In this document: piece by piece, positions 1-14,030 of the stretch
Layout of the letters: every line of letters begins with the position of its first letter
Position numbering within the stretch: the stretch's first letter is position 1
Assembly: GCA_000442015.1 (NCBI GenBank)
Contig: KE561047.1
Location: 1 to 64,000 of the forward strand
Reading direction: 5' to 3'
Source of the DNA: Rozella allomycis CSF55
Taxonomy: Eukaryota
DNA length: 64,000 nucleotides
Notes under the pieces: generated by a model
The model's input: only the letters and a program-made list of their open reading frames with translations
Databases searched by the model: none
What the model was told of the DNA's origin: nothing
Made by a program: the position numbers and the translations under genes

Positions 1-3000
1 GCACGGACAGCGGAATGAACGCATCGCTGTTCGACAAGCAGTACAGAATCAGCTCATCGACGATATAGTGGTACTGCACAATCTTGCTAGAAATCGAGTC
101 GGGCGCATTGAAGAAGTGGCAGATGCGCGCTTCGAGGCTGAAAAACGATTGCGCGTTTTTGCTGAACGGGTGGATCGTGTAAAAGGTGGAGAGCCAGTTG
201 GCGTGCTTGCCGACGTACATTGTGAGGGAAATAGAGTGCCGTTCGAAGGGCTTGGCGGAAGAGTATATGCACAGGCGGTCGGAAATGAACTTTTGTTTTT
301 TGGTGAGCATGTTTTGTTTGAGTTCGTGGTGGTTTACTGAGACGAAGAATTTTGTTGATGTTGATGGTTGACTATTTAATGATTGATTATATGAAGATGG
401 ATTATTTAAAGATGGATTATATGAAGATTGAATGTATGAAGATTGAGTATTCAAGGGTTGAGTTTCAAGTGGTATAGACTGTTGCATAATTTGTTGATGA
501 CAGAAATATTTAGTATCGTTGAATAAAACCAAATTAGATAGATTCCCCTTCACTTCAAATTCCAACTGTTGAGGATAAACGAGCAATGAATTTGAATCAT
601 AAAACGCTAATCCTTTAAAAAGAATTGAATTACTGTAGAATGATAATTCATTTGTAGAAACAGTGAAATCAGGTTCAACGCTATTTACATGAATTTTGAT
701 TGATTGACAAACATCTTTGATTAATTTAGGATAAACGTCAATGTAGAAATCAATTGAGCAAGGCGATTGAATAGAAATGAAAATGTAGATTGGAATGAAC
801 TGTAGTGGTTGAACAGTGACTAGTTTAACTATTTCAGGGTAGATTGGTGATAAAGAAAAGACGACATCTAGATTATTATCATTTAACCGCACTTGAAGCT
901 ATTCAAAAGAACTTTAGTAAACTTACGTTGAATTCAACTGGAATTGAATCATCATTTTTTAGTAGAAAAGAAGCAATGTGTTTTTGAATTCCACAGACTA
1001 AATTTCCAGCATTAATAAAATTTGATTTTGTGTTTGTAATTAAAGAAAATAGACAAGAATTGTTTTTGTATTTTTTAGAAACTTCAGCAAAGATTCTTAA
1101 ATATTTAATTTCATTTAAAGATCTAATAACAATGTAACCACATAGAATGCCTAGATTAAATAATAAAAGAGAATTAACCTCTTTTGAATGGAGTTATAGA
1201 AACAATTATTTCATTTAAAGAAATTCTGTCTAGAGATAACCAATTGCTATCCAATGGATTCAACAATTCAATTCTCACAGATTTCAATGATGCAGAATTA
1301 GAAGTATTAGAAGTATTAGAAGAAGTATTAGATGTATTATTATTAAACGTTGTTGTTATGGTTAACTTTCTGGTGATTGGATTGGTGGATTCTTCTACTT
1401 GACCAATATCAATTTCATATCTTTCACCACCACTCTCATTTGAAAGTATTTTACATCCTTTAACAATAATTTTATCTTGTTTTTCAATTGAATTTATTAA
1501 TGAAATATCCAATGGTGATTCACTAGAATTATCTGAATCTATTTGAATTTGAAACTTCTTTTTAATTGTTTCACTTCCATCTGTAAATATTATTTCAGTT
1601 TGAGATTCTATTTCAGCTTCTGTTTCAAAACTTATTAAAGTAGTTGAATTGGGCGGTAGAATTACTCTTTGACATGTTTCATTACTTGTTAACCCCTGTT
1701 CTTCAACTTCTTTTAACTCTTTCTTTGAAAGTGAAAGATAAGTGGAATGAATGATGTTTATTGAAACATCCCAATCACAATAATTAATCAAAAAGATTTC
1801 TTCAAGAATATTTCCACATTGAACATTCCACAACAAATTCTCATTAATTAAACCCACAAGATTAATTTCATTTATTTTTATTTCTTCTTGTTTAACAATC
1901 AATTTACCCAAANTTTACCCAAATTTGAAACTTTATTCAAATCAACCATTTTGAATCTTTTTAATACTCTTTGAATTATTTGAATTTCAATTATTTGTTT
2001 TGGTTTAATTAAAGCTAAAGTGGAATTCACTGTTAATGATAAATAACTATTAAATTCTGGTGACACTTCTATTAATAGTTCAACAGTAGCTTCTTCGTTT
2101 GAAATATTTTCAATCTTTAACATTGAATTATTAGATGTATTAGATGTAGGATATGTTATTTCATTTAATGTTAATTTATTATCTGAAATGTTATGAAAAT
2201 GTAACTGTGGAATTGTAAGATTATATTCAATTGGAATAACCAGTTTATTGTTTGGATTAAATTTGTTAACCAAGCAAAGTGACAATGAATCAATATTTGA
2301 ATCCCTTTCTTTTTTGATATTCTCACCTGTAACAGTTAGAGCCCCTTCACTTTCAACCCCCTCAACCCCTTCACCTTCAACTTTAAGTTTGATGGGATCA
2401 AATGTAACTTTAATGGTAACAGTCTCTTCTTTATCCAAATAAACATCACTCAACTCAAAGAATGAATTCTCATTAACTATTATAGTTTCAATTCTACTAG
2501 CATTTCTCAACGTTAAATAAAACTCTACAATCTTCCATCCATTCAAATACCCAATCCTTCCAACATTAACACTCTTAGGCTCAACTGAAACTAGACTAGT
2601 AACATATTTAAACGTTAAATTCAACATGCTTGTATAATAATCAACATTTTCAAAAAATAGTCTTGTTTTATATTCAACTATTTTACCACTATTTATCATA
2701 TCTAATTCTTTCTTGTTAAAGTTTATTAAATTTACATCCAATGATTCTAAACTAAAGTTTCTTTTATCAGAAACACTTTCTGCTTTTGCTAAATCCTTCA
2801 ATGATCGTTTATAACCACTTTGACCATTATCCTTATTAGTTGCACTAATTACACCTATATCACATGTATCACTTCCACTTTCAAACCATTTGAATGATAA
2901 AAAGTCAAAACTTGATGGTTTAATTGATATAATAGAATCAGTTAAATTTATTAATTGAAATGAAATTGAATTGTTTATACACTTTAAATTATTCAAATCA

Positions 3001-6000
3001 TCCAAATAAACATACACAGGATCAAAAGACACATCACAAATAGAATGAGAAGAAGAAAGTGAAAGAGGTTGGTTTACACTCTGATTAAGAATAGTGTGAC
3101 TATTAGCATGATCAAAACTTTCATCATTGACTCCTCCATCACGAATACTTTCATCTTTAACTTCATCATCATTCACTCTTCCTGTTCCATTGCAAACCCT
3201 TTTAATACTAATTTTATTATCATTGATAAACGCATAAACTTTCACAACAATCTTCTGATCCAAATTCATTTCATTAACAATAACCAAATATTCATCATAA
3301 AATCCAAAGTGATTCCCATTCAATGCAATATTCAAACCTACAGAATTATCAAAAATAGATCCACAATTCGGTTCAACTGAAATATTTCTACTTGATTCAA
3401 TTCTAAATTTTGTGGGCATCTTTGAACTAGTCAATATTAACCTTGTTGTGAATTTGTTTAGAGTAAATAAATTGCCAAAATCTACTTGTTCCTTATCTAC
3501 GAATAACAAGCATTGGCCAATCAATCCTTTAATCTTTACAGTCTGTGAAGTTAAATAAACAAATAGTGAGTTATCTGTACATACGTTATCATCTTTCAAT
3601 ACATCACTTTTGACCACTTCACCTTTAACAACTTCAACCACTTCACCCTTAACATCTTCACCTTTAACAACTTCATCTTTTCCTTCAAAAGCTTTGTTGA
3701 AAATGGAAAACTTTAATCCCCCAATCAACACCCTAGTCTCAATCTTCTTTGAAGGCAAAATAGAAACAAATATTTCTCTACACTCATTTTTGCCAACAAA
3801 AAGTTTATTAACAGGAACAGAACATTCTCTATTACTAAACACCAAAATCTGCATTATTAAATTGCTTGACACATCAATAAACAAATCCAAATTTGATATA
3901 TTTTCAATCGTTAATGAAACTATCTTTGAATATTTTCTTGTTGAATCTATGTAGCAATATCCCAAGTCTAGTAAATCGTTGCAGGAGAAGTTCAAGTATG
4001 TTTGCTGTATTGTTAAGAATGAGACATTCAATGATGATACAGTTGAATTGTTTTGTAGAATATTAAATGAATCTACAAAGTTTATTACTCGTGATGTCAG
4101 ATTATCATCAACGTTGTCTAATTGACTTTCAACGTTGTCCAAGTGACTTTCAACTTCAAATTGACTTGCTATCTCACCCTCAAAGGGAATGGTTATGCAT
4201 TGCTTACCAATAACATTCGATTTCAATTCAATTTTCAAACATATAGATTCATTACAATTTAATACAAGGGAATTAATAGAATCTAACTCTAAACTTTTAA
4301 ATATTCTCAATTCAACATTTTCACATTCATGATTTATTTTTATTAATAATTTATTTCTATTTTTATTTTCTAATTTAATTGAAAAGAAATATTTTTGAAA
4401 CAATTCAATTCTACCAAGATCTATAAACGTTGGTTCTAAATGAAGTGAATGAGAATGAGACTCTTTAACTACCACTGCATCTACTCCTTCACACGACATA
4501 TCTCTATCAGTTATACTATCTCTATTCCCTTCAACCACACTATTCGTTTCAACGATACTATCTCTATTTCTTTCTACTCCATCCAAATCCCTTTCAACTA
4601 CTCCATCTAAATCCCTTTCCCTTTCAACATCTACTTGTTCACCTTTCACTCGCATTAATTCTCTAAATTTAATAGAATCCAAACAAACAACAGCTTTATA
4701 CTGAACAACCTTAACAACATCAGCATTCTTATACTCCCTCACAACAATCTCACCATCCACATTAAACCACCCCTCCCCACAATCATCACCACTCAACACT
4801 CTAATAGAAGACAGTATTGTAATACAAGTATTCGGCTCCAACGTAAAAGAAACAAAAGAATCACTAATCTTTTTAAACTTGGGTACATTCAATCCATTAC
4901 TAACATTAAAATTTTCTAATTGAGATAGTTTGTCTTTGATTTTATTCACTTTATCAAATCTATTCTTTCTAATCGCTATTTTCAATTTCTGCTGCAGATT
5001 CTCAAATAGTTCTTCCTGCTCTTTAGATAGTATTGCATTGTTGGTTGATACCTCCAAATTCACATTCAAATCAACTGAATTCTCCTTGTAAAATAATTCA
5101 TATTGTCTTGTTATTTTGTCTGTATTGTTAATCACTATTGGCTTGAATGAACTAGACTCATTCAACAAACAAACTCCATAATCTATTTCTAATGATTTAA
5201 TAAAGAATGAACATGGCTTTCTTATCACAGACTTTATTATTATTTCTTTAACATTCTCTCTATTAAACAGATTTTCTATTATCAAACTCTCTTGCAACTG
5301 GCCAACTAGACTTGGCTCAAATATAAACTCAATCTCTCTCTTCCCATAACCTTTAATCACTCCCATTCTGCCCTTTGATAATCTAATGTCCCCCGATGCT
5401 ACACTACCAGTCTTTTTAATCAAATACATCACCGGTGTCTCCATTACATTCTTCAACACTATTGTCTTTGTCTTTTTATCACCTCTGCTCAAATTACCAA
5501 AATTTATATTCTTCTGGTTGACATCAAAATTTGAATTAAACAATACGCATCTCACATTCAAATCACGCAACGAAAGACTATTTTGATTCAGAGAGTGATG
5601 AGATGAAGTAATTTGAGAGTGAGTTGGAGAATGATTTAGAGATATATTTTCACTAACTTTCTCTTCATCTTCAATAATCATAAACGTCAATTTCCCTTCT
5701 TCTCTCCTCAACTTACTCTTAAACTTTCTATTCTCCAAACATGGATTAAACACCAACACTCCCAACACAATTTCATCCTTTTCTTCAAAATTAACAACCT
5801 CACTCTCCACAAATATCTTATCTTTAATACACCTCTCAATTTCTCTCTTCAATGTCAAATATATTCTAACAAATCTCTCATCATTCTTATAGTTATTCAT
5901 ACTCGATAATATCTCAAATGATATTGGCAACAGGAAAGGATATTCATACACTCTCAATTCTTCTAGCAATATTGTTGATATGTTCTTTATTAATACATCT

Positions 6001-8619
6001 TCACTTGATATTAGTCTATTCAATACTTCCTTTATTTTGTTTATTGTTGCTTCTGAATAATTCAATTCAATCTCTTCCCTCTTTATTGATTCTCTCTTCA
6101 GTAACATTGAATGCTCCCTACTGGTGGTGGGACTGGGCGACGCTAAATCAAGAAAGTTTAAATTAAATGAATTAAAAGTATTAACAGAATCTTCTTTTCT
6201 ATCTTCAAATAAAGATGAATTCTTTCTATCTAAAATTGACGACTTTCTCTCTTCAAATGTCCTTCTCTCTTCAAATGTCNAAATTGACGACTTTCTTTCT
6301 TCGAATGTCCTTCTCTCTTCAAATGTCTTTTTATCTTCAGACATTGTTGAATCCTTTCTCTCTATACTTTTATCTATCCCACTTCTCTCTACACCACACT
6401 TCTCTATTCCAACTTTCTCTGCACCAACACCCTTCTCAGTTAAACTCTTCCTCTCTATCCTCCTCTCAGTCTTCCTCTCCACAATACTCTTCCTCTCCCT
6501 CTTACTCCCCATAGACTTAATAACTAACCCCCTGTCCTCCATACTTTCCAACAGCTTCTCCCGCCTCTCCTGAACTCCAATCTTGGGCGATCCAATCGTC
6601 GAATTCAAACTCATATTCATCCAACTGCTAATAGACTCTTTACTCGAATTCACTTGGTCAATATAAAACTCAACCTTGTTTCGGTAAAAATAAATCTTCA
6701 TCTCCTCCTTTTTATACGTAGACTCAACCCGCAACTTTAACACATCCTTCAAACTGTGAATGATAAACGACTTGACACTCGTAGAATTAATCGAAACATT
6801 GCCAAAATCTATAAAATTAGTCCCAAAACACGTCATCAGTTTATAATAGTTGGAATGAAACGTCACCTTTTGATGATCCATGTTCGTTGCCTTGACTTGG
6901 ATGATCTTGTCATTCTCTCTATTCAGCAAATTCAACACTACAATCTCCTTTCTATACTCGGGATTAACCTTGCGCGGAAATATATCAATCTTTATTGTAA
7001 CACTCTGTCGCGCTGGTATATTAATCTCCTCTTTAAAACAATGCAACACCTTGGACGCAAACTTTATCATCACATGGCTATTCACATCACTCATATTGCT
7101 TATCGTAATCGGCAACGACTTTAACGTGCCAACATCCACATTGCCATAATCTAAACAATTCGTATTCACTTGGATAAATGACGTACAAACCTTTCTCTTC
7201 TTTTCATTTAATTTACCTTTGATTTACACAAAATCACCTTCTTTTCTTTAATATTGCTCTCCTTGGCTTCATATTCAATACAAATCTTAAAATTCCTCTT
7301 TACTAACACACCAGCCTTGGTTTCATCATCTACTTCTCTCGCTGCCTTGTACAACACATTAATCGCCTTTTCACTCCCAGCTTTCAATATCATTTCTTCA
7401 ACTACATTCATCTCATTCACCTGATATTGATAATCCATAATCTCTTCTTGCATAGGCACAGGCGTACTCGTCCTACTATTCACACTCACCATACTACTAG
7501 TCATACTAGACACCCCCATATTCAACTCCAAACTATTCAATCCCAAACTACTCTTCTCAATCATAACCCCACTCATACTACTAAACAAACTAGAATCCTC
7601 ATATCTCTTCATCTCCCCCGCTTCCTCCTCCTGACTCAACTCAAACACCAAATTACAATCACTATCAAATCTCAACTCCAAATTACAATCACTCATATTC
7701 CTCATAACTATCCTCTGTCTCGTCCATATCCCTGTACAGCAGTTCCCAAAATCAAGCACCTTATCCATCGGCTTATCATTACACGACAACATCAACAAAC
7801 TCTCCTTCACAGTCGCCCTCGATACAGCCTGGATCTTCACACACTCACTATTCAACGCATCATTCACATTCTCCAGTATCATCTCACACTGCACCTCGCC
7901 AATCTCCTTTGGCTCATACATAATCCTCACATCCTGGTGCGAATACGGCAACACTGTATTCCTATTCAACACATCCACAGCCTCCCCAGTATCCCCATAC
8001 GTCAGCTTAAACCTTTCATCACTCACACTCACACTCCACTGCAAATCAATCGCAGACTTGTTCCACACAGTAAACACCTTGAAAAACGTCCCACCTATAC
8101 AACCATTCCAAACACCTTACCAACCACACAATCGTCAAACGAGATCGTCCCATTCTCACCCACATCACTCACCATCACACTCTGGCACACCTGCGCCTGG
8201 AACCCAACAACACTCCTCTCATCCTCACACGCAAACACAATCTCCCCACCCACCCGCACATAGTCAAACGTCCGGTCGCTATCCACCTCCATCTGCATCT
8301 CACAGTCCTTGCTCGCCAAATACGTCATAATCACACGCACAGTCTCATGTCCCGCCACACTCACCCCATCCACAAAATCAATCTCATTAAACACTTGGTT
8401 ATACTCCAATGCATCGTCTTCATCACAATCGTTGCACAGATTCGCATTAGACAGCTGGAATCCAATAGATGGCAGGTCGCTCGAAAATCGAATATGCAGG
8501 CGCCGAGCTGTCAGGTTCGTTATCTGGAATACATGCAGCTTGGACACTTGGTTCAGGTACACCGATTCTAGTGTAAACGGATTAGGGAAATCAATGAGCC
8601 GGAAAAGACTGGAATGCAT
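1..8619 (-). CDS. Giant (>2,700 aa) multi-exon protein with repeated ASH/PapD-like Ig-fold modules (Hydin/CFAP47-like architecture); 3' end runs off the window
   Basis: ORFs 8095-8619, 7208-8077, 1899-7169 and 1174-1911 are joined by short GT-AG introns and one n-associated frameshift at about 1912. Repeated (L/I)D(F/Y)G..(V/I).....I.N motifs (LDYGNVDVG, IDFGNVSIN, INFGNLSRG, IDYGVCLLN, VDFGNLFT). The reading frame stays open to base 1 (...YHYIVDELILYCLSN...). Confidence 0.6.
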
Positions 8620-8713
8620 TTCCGAAATTTGAAAGTTTTTTGCGTGAATATTGTCAGTTTATGATCTATTTAAATATTGGGTTTCAACAGTTGGAAAAGG
8701 TCTAGGAGTTGCC

Positions 8714-9272
8714 ATGGAAATGAATGAAAGTTATGTGAAAGAGATTCTGTCGAAAGCGACTAGAGTGCCCTTGGATTTGTCGATATTAGAATACGAACAA
8801 ATATCACCTACAGATCCAGCTGATCTGTGGAGGGAAAAGATTGAACCACAGTTTATCGTAAACCTTTCTTTGGTGGTTAAAAGAGTCATGTACAGGATGC
8901 ATTGCTAGATTACAAAGAATGCACAAAATCATGGTGCGACAGTTCCTTTATTAGTTGCGCAAAGGTGTGGAATGTCGAGAAAATAGATGATTTGGTTGTC
9001 GTACATATTCTGGCAATCTTTAGCAGGCCATCACACACTAGCCCTATTCCGAAATCAACAGCCAAAGTTTGGTTTTGCTTTCTAAAGGTTGGCCATATCG
9101 TCGACATATATTTTAGGAGCATGATAAAAGGACATTGGTTTACCGGTTTGAATCACAGAGAACATTTTTCATTTGCGGAAAGAACGAAGTTGCTGGCGGG
9201 AAAATCTCACATCAACAAAAGACTATTGAACAAATAATGAATGCCAAGTTGCATGATGTTTACGCTAATTGA
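8714..9272 (+). CDS. AKAP14/AKAP28-family-like axonemal protein (3 exons)
   Basis: Removing introns at about 8859-8884 and 9088-9116 gives FSRPSHTSPIPKSTAKVWF...LVYRFESQR...IEQIMNAK, resembling the AKAP28 core WSIPTxRKPIPRATASVYF. Confidence 0.5.
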
Positions 9273-9689
9273 TAAACAATAAATGTTAAGCTGAAATTCA
9301 ATAATAATATTTAGTTTTTAGCTATATATTGGAATTGATGTTTGCTCTGTCCCATTTAAACTAATTACGTAAGATCTAAACCCGTAAGTATCTTCAATTT
9401 CTCGTGTGTATTAAACTAGAATGTATAAATTTACGTTTCCATATTTGGATTTATTATTTCAGTATCTTTTGTACATATCTTTTAAAGACCATTCCATTAT
9501 TTTACAAAAATTAAATTACAAGAGTTGCAATGCTAATCCGTAAGATTATAAAAGACAAGAACCAGTTAATTTGTGCATTTAGCAGCTTTAAATTCTCATA
9601 GAAAAGAACATTCACAAATTTTCGAATTTTACAAAACCGAGTGGCTTTTACATTTTGTCAAGTACCCTTGTCGTTCCTTTTTTTCGAGC

Positions 9690-10463
9690 ATGAAAGTAAC
9701 AAGTATACTTTATTTTTATTCCAGTTAAACATTGCAAATCCAACAACTGGAGCACAAAAATCATTTGTGATTGATGATGAACGTAAAATTCGTATCTTTT
9801 ACGACAAACGCATGTCCCAAGAAGTTCAAGCTGATGCTCTCGGTGACGAATTCAAAGGATACGTTCTTAAAATTATGGGAGGAAACGACAAGCAAGGTTT
9901 TCCTATGAAACAAGGTGTTCTTTTGCCAAGCCGTGTTCGTCTCCTTCTCAGCAAAGGACACTCATGCTACCGTCCACGCCGTACTGGTGAACGCAAACGC
10001 AAATCTGTCCGCGGTTGTATTGTTGGATGTAAAATATTTTATTGGCCTTTATTTAGCCGATATCTCAGCTCTTTCTCTCGTTGTTGTTAAGAAGGGTGAC
10101 CAAGAAATTCCTGGACTTACTGATGTCACTGTTCCACGTCGTCTTGGACCAAAGCGTGCTTCAAAGATCCGCAAACTTTTTAACCTCACCAAAGAAGATG
10201 ATGTCCGTCAATACGTTATCCGCCGTGAAATTGAAAAGAACGGAAAGAAATTTACTAAAGCTCCAAAGATCCAACGTCTTGTCACTCCAGTTAGACTTCA
10301 AAGAAAGAGAGCTCTTATGGCCGACAAGAAGAAGAGAGCTGAAGCCAGCCGTGAAGCTGCTGCTGAATACGCCAAACTTCTTGCTAAGCGTGTCAAGGAA
10401 CAAAAAGAACGTCGTCACTCCGTCTTGCAAAAGAGACGTCTTTCATCTGTCAAGAAGCAATAA
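9690..10463 (+). CDS. RPS6: 40S ribosomal protein S6 (eS6)
   Basis: [14 protein letters not shown]...[14 protein letters not shown]...[15 protein letters not shown]...RRLSS; introns 9696-9724 and 10029-10056. Confidence 0.98.
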
Positions 10464-10621
10464 GTTCCCTATAGTGGAAGCATAAATATATTTTTCAAAT
10501 ATTTTCTTAGTTTTATTATTTTTTATTAAGCAAATCAATTATTAGTAACTGTTTATTCGAAGTATTTTGTTTGAAGAATGTTCTCCTTTCAGCCATCCTT
10601 TCTTTGTAAATTTCGAAAACG

Positions 10622-12096
10622 ATGTATGAAGAAAACTTGAAAACTGCTCGTGAATTATACGCGAATAATCCCGTTTGCCCAGATAACAAAGAAGCGTAAA
10701 ATTATTAGTGTTATAAAACTAGTCTTACATTGAAAATTAACGTCAAGTTGAGAGATGAATATTCTCAAATTCAGAGTATAAAGAAGGCTATCCCTAAAAC
10801 AAATACAAATGAAACTAAAGCTCATGATAAAGAGTCAGTCAGCATCATATCTCCAGAACCAGTGGCTATTTCTCCAGAATCGCTCGAAAAGGATTTGAAA
10901 ACATACAAATCACTTTCGGAACAAGTTATTGATGAAACAAACATTAAAAAAGTTGGATCTCAGAGTACAGCTCTTGTCAGAGGTGTGTCTAATGCGCTAG
11001 TGACAAGAGACGATGATAAATACGTTCCACCAAATGTCCTTGTTAAACGAGCTGCTCCTAGAACACCAAAGCCAAAATGGCATGCTCCTTGGAAGCTTAT
11101 GCGTGTTATTTCAGGCCACATTGGTTGGGTCAGGTCCATTGCAGTAGATAGTAGCAACGAATGGTTTGCTACTGGTTCAGCAGATAGAACGATCAAAATA
11201 TGGGATATGGCATCTGGTACATTAAAGGTCTCGTTGACAGGTCACATTAGTGCTGTTAGAGGTATTGCGATAAGTGATAGACACCCGTATTTGTTTTCCG
11301 TAGGCGAGGACAAGATGGTAAAATGTTGGGATTTGGAACAGAACAAAGTACTTTGCTTTTAGAAACTTAAGTTAAGGTTATTAGACATTATCATGGACAC
11401 TTGAGTGGAATTTATGCTGTTGATATTCACCCAACCCTAGATTTACTTGTAACTGCTGGAAGAGATTGTACTGCGAGAGTATGGGACATGAGAACAAGAC
11501 AAGCAGCCCATGTGTTAGCAGGCCATCAAGGCACAATTGCATCAGTTAAAACTCAAGCTACAGATCCACAAATTATTACAGGAAGTCATGATTCCACAGG
11601 TAAAAGAAATATGAAAATATGTTTAGTTCGTCTATGGGATTTAGCTGCTGGAAAAACTATTTCCACCTTAACTCATCATAAAAAGAGTGTTAGGTCATTA
11701 ACAGTTCATCCATTAGAGTCGAGCTTTGCATCTGCATCACCAGATAATATCAAACGATTCTCACTTCCTGACGGAAAGTTTCTCTTTAATTACTCTGGAC
11801 ATAAAGCGGTCGTCAATACTGTCTCTGTAAATCAAGATGATGTCATGTTCTCTGGTGGTGATAATGGAAGTATGCATTTTTGGGATTGGAAATCTGGTTA
11901 CAATTTTCAAACCATGGAAACAATTGTGCAACCAGGATCTTTGGATGCTGAAGCAGGGATATTTGCATCTACATTCGATAAAACAGGACTACGCTTATTG
12001 ACTTGTGAAGCAGACAAAACAATTAAGATATACAAAGAAGATGAACTGGCAACCCCAGAATCACATCCGATCCAATGGAAACCGACTATTTATTAA
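10622..12096 (+). CDS. PRP46: Spliceosomal WD40 protein Prp46/PLRG1
   Basis: [24 protein letters not shown]40 repeats, C-terminal [23 protein letters not shown]; three short introns. Confidence 0.95.
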
Positions 12097-12137
12097 ATTT
12101 TTCGTTAAAATTTTTTATTTAATAATACTCAATTTGA

Positions 12138-13401
12138 TTATCTTGAGTTCCTTAAGCTGCTATTTGCCCTTTCCATAGTGTAATATGGAAGTAGATCCCT
12201 AACCCAATCTTGTTCATAAAATTCAGACCTTTCTGCCTCTGAAAATTCAGGTGTTATTTCTCCTAATACGGTCTATGTTTACAAGCAAGTAATTTTACAT
12301 TTATGTCTCTATTTTGGGATTGAACCCATCGATTGATAAAATTCACCGGATCTTGACTGAATCCTTCCATAAACTCCCTCTTGACTTTTGATTTATGTGA
12401 AACTTGAAGAATTTGTGATATTTTTTCGTCTAACGCTATTGTATCTTTGATCTGAAGTGCTTTAGTAGCGTATTCCCTATAATCATTAATAATAGGGTCT
12501 TGAATGAATGCTAAAACTTCTACTTTTGTATTAAATTGATTTTCGGAGAACTCTAATGGGATAGCAATCGGTTCTAAGGGAGTTAGATGTTGTTGGATCA
12601 ATTCAGGCAGCATTGAAAAGGACATTTTTGGGACTTTGAATACCTGTTAAAATTATGCATTATAAAATATTTTACTTCGATAAAAACGTCATCGTTAATG
12701 ATAATCTTTTTATCATGGACATCTTGAAGTCGGTTGGCCTTAATATAACTCCAAACAGCAAACAAAACATTTGATTGAGTATCAATTGTTAGACCTATGG
12801 CTTTTGATAGTGCAGGAGATAATCGAAATCTTTCTGGTGTATTTTCAATCTTCAATATCAGCCTTGCGTTTGACGACATTGGTGTATTTCTTCTCATGAC
12901 AAAACCGTCACTATCTTGAACATTTGTTGTTCTAACCCACTGTAAATTGGTTAAATTGATTCGTTTACCTGTACAGCAGATTCTTGAAGCGTGTTAGGAT
13001 CCTTGTAAACCACTGCAACGCCTTTCAAAACAGATGTAATTTTTCTCGACTATCATATGAAAAAAATAAATATACTTTAAAATCTTGGTTATGCCATCTT
13101 CCTTTTAAAGTCACGCTCCATCCTTGGACACTAACATCAGTTGAAATGTCAAATGTAATCATTTGTGGGCTTCCTTTAGGCTGGAACGCTGCGTCTTGTA
13201 TTTCTATATTTTTTCTCATTATAATCGAATCAATCTTTTGTTCTGCTGCAACTAGTCTATCATACAAACTGATATCTGGAATTATTTTGGCCAACTTTAT
13301 GAAAAACCCACAATAAAATATACTTGTTCAGGAAACTTGATATCAAACGTCCTCTTTTTATGTTTTCTGTTCGGTACAGAAGTTGCTTGAGGTTGTTGCA
13401 T
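12138..13401 (-). CDS. SWI/SNF BAF60/SMARCD (Snf12/Rsc6) subunit with SWIB domain
   Basis: PERFRLSPAL...VWSYIKANRLQD, KREFMEGFSQDPVNFINRWVQSQNRD, AERSEFYEQDWV; multi-exon. Confidence 0.9.
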
Positions 13402-13545
13402 TTGTGAATTTCAAAGAAATTTAAAGGGTAGATGGCTGGTGAATTTAACATTAAACAAATAAAATTCATAGTTCATACGCTATCAATTTATTTGGATAAA
13501 ACATATATTGTCTCTTTTGATCTATTCTGCATTTGGAAATTTCGC

Positions 13546-13990
13546 ATGCTGGGATTCCTAAAGCCATCGTCAATATTATGCTATATTAACACCTAGTAAA
13601 CTGACATGTTATGATTCATTAGCAAAAGACCATTTCATTTATCGCGTGAAGCTAAAAGAAGACACAAAAAGAGGGTCTTGAGGATGGAAAGGAACATTGA
13701 AGTATTAAAGGAGTCAGGAGTCATCACAAAATCGTTAGTATGCCATATAAATCTATTTTTTGTAGGAAGTAGCTGATTCACAACCTAAATGGGAATCATT
13801 AACGAATGTGGAGAGATATACTTATTACAGCAGAAGAATGAGATCCAGAGTTCCAATCCAATTTCATGGAAAATGGTGCAAAACTATATTCAGATATGAA
13901 CAGCCATTGGATATTCCAATTAGAGTATGTTGGAAAAAAGACCTTCCTGCGATAAGACAAAAGCAAGAATCGCAAATTAAAATAAACTAA
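13546..13990 (+). CDS. Mitochondrial ribosomal protein mL60 (fungal MRPL31-like)
   Basis: Spliced product MLGFLKPSS...KRPFHLSREAKRRHKKRV...ERYTYYSRRMRSRVPIQFHGKWCK parallels yeast YmL31 (KIPWRMS..QK.RQR; DKYWTFDKK..GYRKGIHKVPKWTK). Confidence 0.6.
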
Positions 13991-14030
13991 GAACTTTTAG
14001 CTAATTAAGAAAACTGGCATATTGGTAATT

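Noticed and set aside
1899-1915. Apparent frameshift in the giant gene
   Set aside because: It coincides with an n; not evidence of programmed frameshifting or pseudogenisation.
6232-6330. Tandem TFEERRTFEERKSSI duplication
   Set aside because: The copies meet at an n, so it is probably a contig-overlap artefact.
7427-8330. Long His/Thr/Pro-rich plus-strand ORFs
   Set aside because: Antisense shadows of the G-rich coding strand; the same applies to other antisense ORFs such as 59561-59983.
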